From Octopus bimaculoides (taxonomy: Eukaryota), in the NCBI RefSeq assembly GCF_001194135.2, contig NC_069007.1, positions 11,302,136-11,362,181 on the forward strand: 60,046 bases of DNA, in the 5' to 3' direction. How positions within the stretch are numbered: position 1 is the stretch's first letter; each line of letters starts with the position of its first letter. This document shows positions 48,590 through 59,900 of this stretch, in pieces. A program made the translations under genes and the position numbers. The notes under the pieces were generated by a model. It did no database searches. It worked only from the letters and a program-made list of their open reading frames with translations, and was not told the origin of the DNA.

Positions 48590-49800
48590 AAATATATATA
48601 TATATTAATGTATATTTGTGTATGTGTGTGTGTTTATATATCTTTCCAGAGGTTTCTTCATTATTGATATATATATATATATATATATAGTAATGCCTTG
48701 ATATATGAGTTAAATTGTTCCTGGAGACAGCTTGTAAAACAAAAACTCGTAAAGCAGAGCAATAATTTCCAATAGTACCAATGTAATACATCATAATTCC
48801 TTACCAGAAAAATACTTTACCTATAAAATTTATAATACTCATAAATAAATTGCAATAAAACAACAGTAGAGTGTAAAGAAAAAAATATTTGGCAAGACTT
48901 CCACCCATCTCCCCCCAAAAAGCCACCCTTTTTAAAAAAAATGTTTTTCTACACAACCCTCCCCCACCTTTTCGGCTATGGGAATACAAATCTGCAAACA
49001 TAATTGGCAAAAAGTGGCATTTTAAAATTACTACCCCCACCTCCACCCCTATTTCATTAATTTTTTTTACTTTTTTCGGAATTTTTTTTTTTCAAAATAT
49101 GCGGAAAAATACGGAGACTCTGAAAAAAATTTTTTAAGCATGTTTTCTTCTAAGTATGCGGAAAAATACATTATGATTCGGACAAAAGTTTCAAACATTT
49201 CTATAGTTACGGTTAGGGTTTTAGGGTTAGGGTTAGTGCTGGGAAAAAAAAGTCAAAATTGAAGAATTTGTGGGTGGAAGCGGGGTAATTTTAGCAATGC
49301 TGATTTTTGGCAATTTTCTGGAACCTTCATATCCGAAAATGGGGGTTTTTGTCAAAAACTTTTTTTTAAATAAACACATTTAGGATAAAATGGAGGGAGC
49401 AGGGACAGACAGAAGTCTTTCCAAATATTCTTTTCATGCTACTGTAAAGTAAAAAGAATGTCAAGATCATTTATAATAAAAAAATATATATATTAATGCA
49501 TGTGTGCACATGTGTATTTGTGTATGTATGTGTGTATATTTGTGTATGTGTTTATATATCTTACCAGAGGTTTCTTGATTATTGATATATACAGTAATGA
49601 TTATTGATATATACAGTAATGCCTTGATATATGAGTTAAATTGTTTCTGGAGATCAGAAAAATACTTTACCTACAAAATTTATAATACTCATAAATAAAT
49701 TGCAATAAAACGACAGTAGAATGTAAAGAAAAAATATTCTTTACATTCTACTGCAAAGCAAAAAGAATGTCAATATCATTTATAATAAAAAAATATTATT
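48590..49800. repeat. Tandem duplication of a ~350-bp unique segment: copy 1 carries the TIR insertion, copy 2 has an ~80-bp deletion
   Basis: ccagaggtttctt...gtaatgccttgatatatgagttaaattgt...cagaaaaatactttacc...aagaatgtcaa occurs twice. Confidence 0.88.
48888..49425. mobile_element. Unclassified 538-bp TIR element containing TTAGGG repeats
   Basis: TIRs TTTGGCAAGACTTC and rc TTTGGAAAGACTTC. TA (or ATAT) duplication confirmed by the empty paralogous site at 49731-49740. ggttagggttttagggttagggttag at 49211-49236. Confidence 0.85.
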
Positions 49801-49815
49801 ATTATAATCGTTTTC

Positions 49816-50105
49816 AGTGGAGGTGCAATGGCCCAGTGGTTAGGGCAGTGGACTCGCGGTCGGAGGATCATGGTTTCGATTCCCAGACAGGGCATTGTGT
49901 GTGTTTATTGAGCGAAAACACCTAAAAGCTCCACAAGGCTCTGGCAGCGGGTGGTGGCAACCCCTGTTGTACTCTTTTGCCCCAACTTTCATTCACTCTT
50001 TCTTCCTGTTTCTTGGGTAATGCTGCGATAGACTGGCATTCCATCCAGCTGAGGGGGGAACACATACACCATAGAAACCAGAAAACCGGGCCCATGAGGC
50101 TGGCT
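49816..50105 (+). mobile_element. SINE-E, most complete copy, ending at the gap
   Basis: A-box-like TGGCCCAGTGG, B-box-like GGTTTCGATTCC, and tail gcgatagactggcattccatccag. Confidence 0.88.
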
Positions 50106-51059
50106 NNNNNNNNNNNNNNNNNNNNNNNNNNNNNNNNNNNNNNNNNNNNNNNNNNNNNNNNNNNNNNNNNNNNNNNNNNNNNNNNNNNNNNNNNNNNNNN
50201 NNNNNNNNNNNNNNNNNNNNNNNNNNNNNNNNNNNNNNNNNNNNNNNNNNNNNNNNNNNNNNNNNNNNNNNNNNNNNNNNNNNNNNNNNNNNNNNNNNNN
50301 NNNNNNNNNNNNNNNNNNNNNNNNNNNNNNNNNNNNNNNNNNNNNNNNNNNNNNNNNNNNNNNNNNNNNNNNNNNNNNNNNNNNNNNNNNNNNNNNNNNN
50401 NNNNNNNNNNNNNNNNNNNNNNNNNNNNNNNNNNNNNNNNNNNNNNNNNNNNNNNNNNNNNNNNNNNNNNNNNNNNNNNNNNNNNNNNNNNNNNNNNNNN
50501 NNNNNNNNNNNNNNNNNNNNNNNNNNNNNNNNNNNNNNNNNNNNNNNNNNNNNNNNNNNNNNNNNNNNNNNNNNNNNNNNNNNNNNNNNNNNNNNNNNNN
50601 NNNNNNNNNNNNNNNNNNNNNNNNNNNNTGTGTGTGTGTGTATTTTCACACCTAAAAGGCGAAGCGTCACTCTGAGGAGGCTGGAGTGTAAAAAAACTAA
50701 CACTGTTTTATGTCATGCTTTAATCACTTTTCTTGTTGTTGTTAGGAACCTTGCACAAAAGAGCAAACACATGCAACAGTAAGTAAAATGTTTAGGGTTC
50801 CGTTCTGCCACTAACCTCTATGCAAATTTTGAAACATTTTATTTTGCTTTTTGCTTCATCTCTATTCCTCTTCTTCCCGGTTGATTGATTTCATTCTATG
50901 AAATGGTTTAGAGATCTTCCTCTCTGACACAGTGTGTATGTGTTTATACATTGCCACACACCTATTTTACATACATAAACACACACTTCAAATTAATACA
51001 AATACAAGGGTATAAACACATACACATGATGACTTATACATACACAGATATTTGCCTGA

Positions 51060-51250
51060 CACATGGCTACTTGCGCTATTAGAAATAGCAGCTAAACCTC
51101 TGTCAAATCAAATTTGACCACCTTCAATAAACAAAGAACTCATTGGATGATATAGTTCTGGACATACATAGCCCTAAATCGATGGGGTGGTCAATGGCTT
51201 TTGTTTTCTGGTCTGTTTGATCACAGCTGACCTGTGGACTAAACGGTAAC
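51060..51250 (+). mobile_element. Family-G repeat fragment
   Basis: tagaaatagcagctaaa...gatcacagctgacctgtggactaaac. Confidence 0.55.
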
Positions 51251-51911
51251 ACTATTGTAAGATACAGAAATAAATCTATTTCTCAAATGCGTGATAATGC
51301 TATAAATAGCGTGATCAGGATAAATAATCCATATAATGCAGAAAAATACGTTACCGGCCAACCATGAGACTCGAACTCACATCTCTGTGATTACATGTCA
51401 AGTGTAACACTATTATTATAGACACAAACACACACTTATTAACACACACACACACATACACATATTATACACACACATATACAAACACATTAACACACAC
51501 ACACACCTATTAACACACATACACACGTGTGTGTGTATTAATACACACACATATACACATACTCACACACATTAATACACCCACACACATTAATACACAC
51601 GTACACACACACACAAGCTGAGTCTATGCCACTGCTATTTACTCCAGGGTGATTGGTGCTCTAAATGTTTTCTATTGTCTAATTGGTTGAAATAAACTCC
51701 CTCCCTCTGCTTATTGGAATTGCGGGTCAGAACTTTGTTTCCTGGTTTCAAACATTTCTTATAATTTGATTGGCTAACAAACTTTCCAAATAACTTTCAG
51801 CAATTTCAGTGGTTGACACGCTTTGCTATTTCTTAATCATGAGTAAATTAATGTTAACACAATTAATATATAAACAATTAAAAGCATAATTAAGACACAG
51901 ATAATTATATA

Positions 51912-52207
51912 GTGGCACTCTGTTGGTTATGACAACGAGAGTTCCAGTTGATCTGATTAACGGAGCAGCGTGCTCGTGAAATTAACGTGCAACTGAAATA
52001 CAGGTACAACAGAAACAGGACGAAAGAGTGAGAGAAAGGTGTGGTGAAAGAGTACAACAGAATTTGCCACCACTCCCTGCTGGAGCCTTGTGGAGCTTCA
52101 GGTGTTTTCGCTTAATAAACACTCACAACGCTTGGTCTGGGGATTGAAACCGCTATCCTATGACTGTGAGTTTGCTGCCCTAACCATTGGGCCATTGTGC
52201 CTCCACA
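51912..52207 (-). mobile_element. SINE-B 3' end (51912-51992) joined to a SINE-E 5' half (52008-52207)
   Basis: gttccagttgatctgat is the reverse complement of the B tail. ccctaaccattgggccattgtgcctccaca is the reverse complement of the E head. Confidence 0.8.
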
Positions 52208-52282
52208 GATAATTATATACGTAGCCAAGAGAAAAAGAATAAGATTATTCAAAGATATAAATGCATTTTGAAGATGCTGAGT

Positions 52283-52688
52283 ACATTCTGTTATTCTTTT
52301 ATTTGTTTCAGTTATTTTGACTGTGGCAATGTTGGAGCACTGCCTTTTAGTCAAAGAAATAGAACCCCTGGACTTATTCTTTGTAAGCCTGGTACTTATT
52401 CTATCAGTCTCTTTTGCTGAACTGCCAATTTATAGGGACGTAAACACACCAATGTCAGTTGTCAAGCGACGGTGGGTGTACAAACACAGACATAAACACA
52501 CAAGTATATATCCATATATATATATGTATGACAGGCTTCTTTCAGTTTCCATCTACCAAATCCACTCACAAGGCTTTGGTTAGCCCAAGGCTATAGTAGA
52601 AGACACTTGCCCAAGGTGCCATGCAATGGGACTGAACCCAGAACCATATTGCTGGGAAGCAAACTTCTTACCACACAGCCACTCCTGC
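52283..52688 (-). mobile_element. SINE-A, full length
   Basis: Complete head-to-tail match. Confidence 0.92.
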
Positions 52689-52807
52689 ACAATTTATTTT
52701 GGTAAAGAATAACACTTGTGCATATATAGGACAAAGTATTATCAATGAGAAAATAAACATGTAAGCTTGGGATAAAAATCAAGGGCTCCTCTCATAAATA
52801 GAATATT

Positions 52808-53219
52808 ATGAGTGGCTGTGTGGTAAGTAGCTTGCTTACCAACCACATGGTTCCAGGTTCAGTCCCACTGCATGGCACTTTGGGCAAGTGTCTTCTACTA
52901 TAGCCTCGGGCTGACCAAAGCCTTGTGAGTGGATTTGGTAGACGGAAACTGAACGAAGACCGTTGTATATATGTATATGTATATATATAAATATATATGT
53001 GTGTGTGTTTCTGTGTCTGTGTTTGTCCCCCCAACATCGCTTGACAACCGATGCTGGTGTGTTTACGTCCCCGTAACTTAGCGGTCCGGCAAAAAGAGTA
53101 CGATAGAATAAGTAGTAGGCTTACAAAGAATAAGTCCTGGGGTTGATTTGCTCGACTAAAGGTGGTGCTCCAGCATGGCCACAGTCAAATGACTGAAACG
53201 AGTAAAAGAGTAAAAGAGC
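52808..53219 (+). mobile_element. SINE-A, full length, young
   Basis: Complete copy with many CpGs retained and a (TAAAAGAG) tail. Confidence 0.93.
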
Positions 53220-54708
53220 AATATATATAGATGTGTGTGTGTGATTTTTCTTGTTAGTATTTGAAAACAATTACAGCTTTGAAAACATCTGGTATTGTAA
53301 TACAATTCTACCCTCTTTGGTGAGCGTGAAGCCATCCACTGAGCACATCCAGAAACACAAACACCTCAAGACTTCCAGTTAACTTTCTAATATTTCCGAT
53401 AATATTAAATATGTTAACACTATCCAACCTACAAACCTTACTGCAAGCAGTATCTCTTTATCATTTCTTTCTCTTTTAATCACTTAATTAATTACGAATC
53501 GTTTGTCTTAACAAACAACTTCCTCTGATGTCATTGGCTGATTAAACATTGAACAATCACTTGCTATCATCTGATTGATTGGCCATCACATTTTCTTCAA
53601 TCATTTCTCATCAACTGATTGTCCACTCAAATACATCAGAACAATTTCCTCTCTCCTGATTGGCTGATAGTCTTTTGACTGCTTAACTCAACACTTTATT
53701 TTCTTTTTCCTTTCATCTATGCTTGGAGAATTTCCTGTTGTCTCATTGGTTAACCATGTATGATGATCTTCTGTTGCTGATGGTTACTAACATCTCTCTG
53801 TCTGTCTCTTTCTCCTGATTGGTTGATAGTTTGAGGGCTTTACTTATAATTTTGTATTTATTTAGTTTGTGTGTGTGTGTGTATGTTTGTGCATGTATAT
53901 ATATATATATATATATNNNNNNNNNNNNNNNNNNNNNNNNNNNNNNNNNNNNNNNNNNNNNNNNNNNNNNNNNNNNNNNNNNNNNNNNNNNNNNNNNNNN
54001 NNNNNNNNNNNNNNNNNNNNNNNNNNNNNNNNNNNNNNNNNNNNNNNNNNNNNNNNNNNNNNNNNNNNNNNNNNNNNNNNNNNNNNNNNNNNNNNNNNNN
54101 NNNNNNNNNNNNNNNNNNNNNNNNNNNNNNNNNNNNNNNNNNNNNNNNNNNNNNNNNNNNNNNNNNNNNNNNNNNNNNNNNNNNNNNNNNNNNNNNNNNN
54201 NNNNNNNNNNNNNNNNNNNNNNNNNNNNNNNNNNNNNNNNNNNNNNNNNNNNNNNNNNNNNNNNNNNNNNNNNNNNNNNNNNNNNNNNNNNNNNNNNNNN
54301 NNNNNNNNNNNNNNNNNNNNNNNNNNNNNNNNNNNNNNNNNNNNNNNNNNNNNNNNNNNNNNNNNNNNNNNNNNNNNNNNNNNNNNNNNNNNNNNNNNNN
54401 NNNNNNNNNNNNNNNNNNNNNNNNNNNNNNNNNNNNNNNNNNNNNNNNNNNNNNNNNNNNNNNNNNNNNNNNNNNNNNNNNNNNNNNNNNNNNNNNNNNN
54501 NNNNNNNNNNNNNNNNNNNNNNNNNNNNNNNNNNNNNNNNNNNNNNNNNNNNNNNNNNNNNNNNNNNNNNNNNNNNNNNNNNNNNNNNNNNNNNNNNNNN
54601 NNNNNNNNNNNNNNNNNNNNNNNNNNNNNNNNNNNNNNNNNNNNNNNNNNNNNNNNNNNNNNNNNNNNNGATGATGATGTTGATCAAACAATATTAGCAG
54701 TGATTATA

Positions 54709-54945
54709 GGGCGGTGAGCTGGCAGAATCGTTAGCACACCAGTTGAAATGCTTAGCGGTATTTCATCTGCCATTACGTTCTGAGTTCAAATTCCTCCGAG
54801 GTCGACTTTGCCTTTCATTCTTTCAAGGTCGATTAAATAAGTACCAGTTATGCACTTTGGTTGATGTAATCAATTTAATCAGTTTGTCTGTTCTTGCTTG
54901 TCCCCTCTATGTTTAGCCCCCTGTGGGCAATAAAAAAATAAATAT
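54709..54945 (+). mobile_element. SINE-D, best-preserved copy
   Basis: ggcggtgagctggcagaatcgttag (A-box-like) and gttctgagttcaaattcc (B-box-like), with an A-rich tail. Confidence 0.9.
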
Positions 54946-55099
54946 TAGTGGTGATTATTTACAAAGATGATAATGTTGATAATATTGTAATATAGAAAAA
55001 AACACATAGACTCATCACAGCCTCTGCATCACACAAAATGTACCCCTTCAAAATGACTGAACATTTCATACAGGAAAAATATCTTAACAGTGAACAGGG

Positions 55100-55279
55100 G
55101 CCGACATCCTACATGGACTATGACCCTAAAAGTGGACATGGAAAATCATGGAAATACCTTATAAACAACATCAGTGGGACACCCAAATACTCATTACACA
55201 CAAAAATAATGTCCCCAACACACTAACATTGAACATGGGCCAAATATCTTGTTATTAAATACAGGGAAAAACATCTCAG
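55100..55279 (+). pseudogene. Possible Penelope-like GIY-YIG endonuclease C-terminal remnant
   Basis: Mosaic of frames: W..KIMEIPY / NNISG / PNTLTLN / YREKHL, resembling the PLE W-I...PY...TLN.R...CRH region. Heavily decayed. Confidence 0.3.
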
Positions 55280-55281
55280 TA

Positions 55282-55516
55282 CAATAATCCCTTGACTATT
55301 GCGGGTGTTATGTCCCAAAACCCCTGTGATAGGTGAAAATCCATGAATTAGAAACAGTACTGTAATGTATATTTCTTTTATTATTTTATAAATTTGTATA
55401 TATTTATTTTATTATGAATGCAAAACAACACCACGGAGGAATCAACATAAGCTTAAATAATAAACTGCGATAGGTGAACCTCGATAGGTGAACCGTGATA
55501 TGGCGAAGGATTACTG
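55282..55516. mobile_element. Tigger/pogo-type MITE (235 bp)
   Basis: TA on both flanks. TIRs CAATAATCCCTTGACTATTGCGG and rc CAGTAATCCTTCGCCATATCACGG. Confidence 0.8.
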
Positions 55517-55599
55517 TATTTACTGTGAAAAAAGAAGGCAAGAATAAAATGGATTCACATTCAACATAGACAAAAAAAAATTTAATTAAAAATTAGGGT

Positions 55600-55901
55600 C
55601 AGGTATGGTTGTGTGGCAAGAAGCTGTGTTTGTCCCCTCTATGTAATACCTTTATGGCAAAATTTATGAAATAAAGAAGCTCGCTTCCCAAGCTCATGGT
55701 CCTGGGTTCATGTTTGTCCCCTCTTTCCACTGCTTGGCAGCTGGTGTTGGTGTGTTTACATTCCTATAACTTAGCAGTTTGGCAAAAGGGACCAGGCTTA
55801 AAAAAGAAAAGTCCCTGGGCTGATTTAGTTTGACTAAAATTCTTCAAGGTGGTGCTCCAGCATGGTCGTAGTCAAATGACTGGAACAAGTAAAAGATAAA
55901 A
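55600..55901 (+). mobile_element. Rearranged SINE-A containing a 48-bp insertion
   Basis: Head ggtatggttgtgtggcaagaagct; 3' half ggtgctccagcatggtcgtagtcaaatgact. Confidence 0.75.
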
Positions 55902-56174
55902 CATAAATTAATGCAAGTAAAACGATTTGTCACAAGATCCATTGGAGTACAAGTTTACTTTCAATAAATGAACCACAACAAAAGGTGCCAAAGCTTTTGG
56001 CTTTACATCTGATTCCAAACAAACACATGGTCATTCAAAACAAAAAAAAAAAGAAAGAAATTGCCAGAAATTCTTCAGTCAATCACTACAGGAAGAACTC
56101 AATCCATTGAAAGGAGTATAGAGTCTGCAATGTGAATGAGTGATGGATGAGTCTTCATCAGCATCAAGGACAGG

Positions 56175-56440
56175 TTTTCTGCTCTAGGCAAAGGCCCGAA
56201 ATGTCAACCATGGTGGAATTTGAACTCAGGATGTAAAGACAGACGAATTAGTTGTAGAATATTCTTTTCTATTCTTGGCACAAGGCCCGAAATTTTGGGG
56301 GAGGGGGCCAGTTAATTTGATTGATCCCAGTATGTAACTGGTACTTAATTTATCGACCTTGAAAGGATGAAAGGCAAAGTCAGCTACAGTGGAATTTGAA
56401 CTCAGAACGTGCAGACAGATGAATTGGTTGTAGAATATTG
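56175..56440 (-). mobile_element. Tandem SINE-D pair; the first copy is internally deleted
   Basis: aggcccgaaat and gtggaatttgaactcag...gacaga(c/t)gaatt(a/g)gttgtagaatatt each occur twice. Confidence 0.8.
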
Positions 56441-57015
56441 GTAAGTTGGATATGGGTAAGCAGTCAAAGAAACTACTACTTAAGACCCTTATCCTCAAGA
56501 TATTAGATTTTGCACCCATTAAACCAGTATTCTACAAACAATTCCTTACTTTGAAACAAGCTCAAAAACCTACAAATCTATCACAATCTCTATATTAGAG
56601 TGTACATCTAGTGTCTGGTGCCTGGTGACCAATTGTTTTATACAAAAACTGTAACAAACAGAAAGGATTGGAAACACTGCACTTCAAACCATGACAGGCC
56701 ACACCTTAGAAACCTATATCACAATAAGGTAATGTTTATCCCTACTTAAATGTGGACGCTTCATTAGAACAAGCTATACTGTGGTAGTTGCCATGAGAAA
56801 ATCTCTCCTATTAGCTTTTGATCACAAATGCAAAATGTAACACAAACAAAAGTGCAATCGGCATCAAAAGCCAATATGAGAATTGCACTCGTGGTATCTA
56901 CCACAGTATAGTTTGTTCTAACAGAACATCCAGTGGTGTTAACTATTACCTCTTAAAATTAATACTGCTTCTGTCATATATATATATATATATACACCTC
57001 TCTCTCTTTCTCTCT

Positions 57016-57097
57016 CATAGAATAATGTTTTCATATATTTTTATAATTAAGATCTAAGCCGTTAATATATGAATGATGAAGATATAGTTGAATATAT

Positions 57098-57141
<44 letters not shown>

Positions 57142-57272
57142 NNNNNNNNNNNNNNNNNNNNNNNNNNNNNNNNNNNNNNNNNNNNNNNNNNNNNNNNNNN
57201 NNNNNNNNNCATCATTCATATATTAACGGCTTAGATCTTAATTATAAAAATATATGAAACCATTATTCTATG
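57016..57272. repeat. 63-bp inverted repeat (1 mismatch) around a (TA)n tract and an N gap
   Basis: 57016-57078 versus 57210-57272. Confidence 0.85.
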
Positions 57273-58074
57273 GCAATTTAGTTAATTGTAAGATAGAAAT
57301 TTAAATGCAATAAAATGTTTTAAAAGAAATTTAAAGTGCCTATGTGATAACTGTAAACCTACTTTTGGGCCAGCCTGTATATATATATATATATCTCACA
57401 ATAGCACACTCAAGGAAATCTCTACGTGGTCACTTAAACTTTTTGCAATAGTAACTGAATTTCCCCCTAATAACACCTTATTGTTATAGAAAGAGGCTTG
57501 TTAGATAATGTGGTCTTACTGTCCCTGCACATAGGAAAAGATAGGTTGGAAGACTGCTTGATTATTGTTGATCAGAGGACAAAACAGCAACACGATTCCT
57601 TATTTTTCGTAGGGCAGCTTTGTCAAGGAACAGATGTGTTTTCAAAGGTCCTTGTACACCTGTAACCATCTGTGGCATTAAAATAATAACCAAACTCCAG
57701 TACTCTGAAATTACTTGACTTGTTTGAAATGACAGTCAAATCTTCCTCAAATGATATCCCAACCATTTCAAATAAAGATAAGTGTACAAGATGTTGCCCA
57801 TTTGCAACTGAGGGAATTGGAGCAGCATGAAACAATGTGCCCTACCCCAGGACATGCAAGTACTGCCCAGGAACAGAACCTACATCATGATTATGTGTCC
57901 AACAATCTAATCACTGGGTCATGCATCTTCCAAGTGCATGTATCATAATAGCATATAAAAAGACAGGTTAGCCATGGATGGAATCTCTTTGATAAGCGGC
58001 CTCCTTGGGGAACACTGACCAGGTGTTAAATAATAGCAGCCACAAATGTACAGATGATCCAATGAAACATCTTC

Positions 58075-58262
58075 TCTGTGGGTACGTGACCTGCTAAAAA
58101 TAGCAGCCAAATCTTTTCATTCTAGACTACCTGGGAAAGAAGGGATACAGTGGACAGTGTAGTCTTGAGTATAAATATACTGGGCGGCCATGACTGGAAT
58201 GTCTTTGATCATAGTCTGATTCACCAGGGTTGACCTGTGGTTAAACAACAGCAACAACAAAA
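58075..58262 (+). mobile_element. Family-G repeat with (CAA)n tail
   Basis: gacctgctaaaaatagcagccaaatc...gggttgacctgtggttaaacaacagcaac. Confidence 0.6.
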
Positions 58263-59544
58263 ACCACTACCATCATTTCTTCTAAAACCAACATTGCTAC
58301 CCCACCCTCACTACTGCAACCAAAAACATGACCACTACCACCACGACCACCACCCCAACCATCACCACCATCATTCCCCCCAACCACTGCTGCCATCACC
58401 ACCTTCATTGCCACCATCATCACCACCACCACCACCACCACCAATAACGATACATCTACACTTCTAAGTTACCCAAAATAGCAGAACATCTTTTAAATAT
58501 TTTTTGTCTCTGACATAAAACTGCGTTAGCAACAGACTGGTGTATTCCGAAACAAACAAACCAGTCGAAAAGATCTTGTAGTGCTATACTGTCCACTAAA
58601 CCGAAATGACCAACACTGACATTAGTTCATAAATTTTTAAGCTTAGATAACAATGGCGAATATCTTCAAAAGATTCGACCGACGGTTTAATAATGTATTT
58701 TTTTTCTTTTTTACTTTACCGTTTTTGCGGAAAAGAGAACGAATAAAATATGATCATTAAGCTATGTGAAAGTCAGAAGAAATCAAACAGCCAAAAAGTA
58801 AATTCGTTTATTAGGTGACCTTTTAGACATTTTGCTGTTATAAAAATCTTGTTTTTCTTCTTCTGAAGGACTTGAAAAATCTTTCATCCATAAGTATCAA
58901 AAACTGATTGCAACTGTGAGAGGAGGGAGTTGGCGGCAGGTGGAAGGGCACTGATAAGGAGCTTCAGGAAGCACCAAGACTGACAACTAATAACAAATTA
59001 AGCTATCTGTCTGTCTGTTTGTCCCTCTGTCTATGTCTGTCTTATTTTTATTCGTTTCCTATAATATACAAGGTAATTATTTATGTTTCTAAAACCAGCA
59101 TTACAAAAAGCCGGAAAGAAAAAAAACCCAACGTAACAAAAAAAGATTAGTGGTGGTGGGTGGCAGGGTGGAGTTGGTTGGGGTGGTTGAAACTTTGGAC
59201 TAAATGTCTTGTCTGTGATTGCATTATTATCCCTTTATGTCTTTGAGATGATGTATTACCACTGAAGTTGGCTATCTTTTGTCTTTCATCCGTCCCCCTG
59301 TGAGGAGTTGGGGGTGGGTGAAGTGTCACTAAAATAAATATTCAATAAAATACTGGGAGTTTGATTTTTGTCGACTTCACCCTCAGCATCATTCCTCCAC
59401 CCTCAAAATATATACAATTAATTACAAGTTTTTGTTTTTTTATGGAATTATGACTCAATTGGTAGAGCATCAGGTTTGATGGTATAAAGTCCAGAGTAAT
59501 TACTTACTGGCTAGCACACACACACACACACACACACATCTAAT

Positions 59545-59763
59545 GCACCCATGCCGGTGCTGCATAAGTGCACTTGTGACAGAAACACATAAAAAAGTAC
59601 CCAGTTTACTCTGTTAAGTGGTTGGCATCAGGAAGAGCATCCAGGTGTAGAAAACCTGTCACAACATACAATTGGAGTTTGAACCGTTTCCTGCTAGCCA
59701 GCTCCGTGTCAAACCATCCAACCCATGCCAGGATGGAAAGCAGACATTAAATGATGATGATGA
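59545..59763 (+). mobile_element. RTE-tail repeat
   Basis: gtggttggcatcaggaagagcatccag...ccaacccatgccaggatggaaagcagacattaaatgatgatg. Confidence 0.82.
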
Positions 59764-59900
59764 TTATATGTATTTATATATATATATATATATATATATA
59801 AGTCAGTAAATAGTGGGGTTGTGTTAACCGCACGTGAAGAAATAATAGGAAAATGAAAAAAAGCCAGAATGCTAAACTGGAAGCATATTTTAATAATGAT

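Noticed and set aside
49211-49236. TTAGGG tract as a true or healed telomere
   Set aside because: Only about four imperfect units, located inside a TIR element.
51355-51415. tRNA-like B-box (rc GTGAGTTCGAGTCTC)
   Set aside because: No acceptor stem or D arm; at most a tRNA/SINE-head relic.
14045-57257. Long ORFs in the track made mostly of X or of YI/HT/CV/ER/LS repeats
   Set aside because: They are read-throughs of N gaps and dinucleotide microsatellites, not proteins.
59445-59512. tRNA-like A-box (tgactcaattggtagagca)
   Set aside because: A cloverleaf cannot be built and the B-box is decayed.
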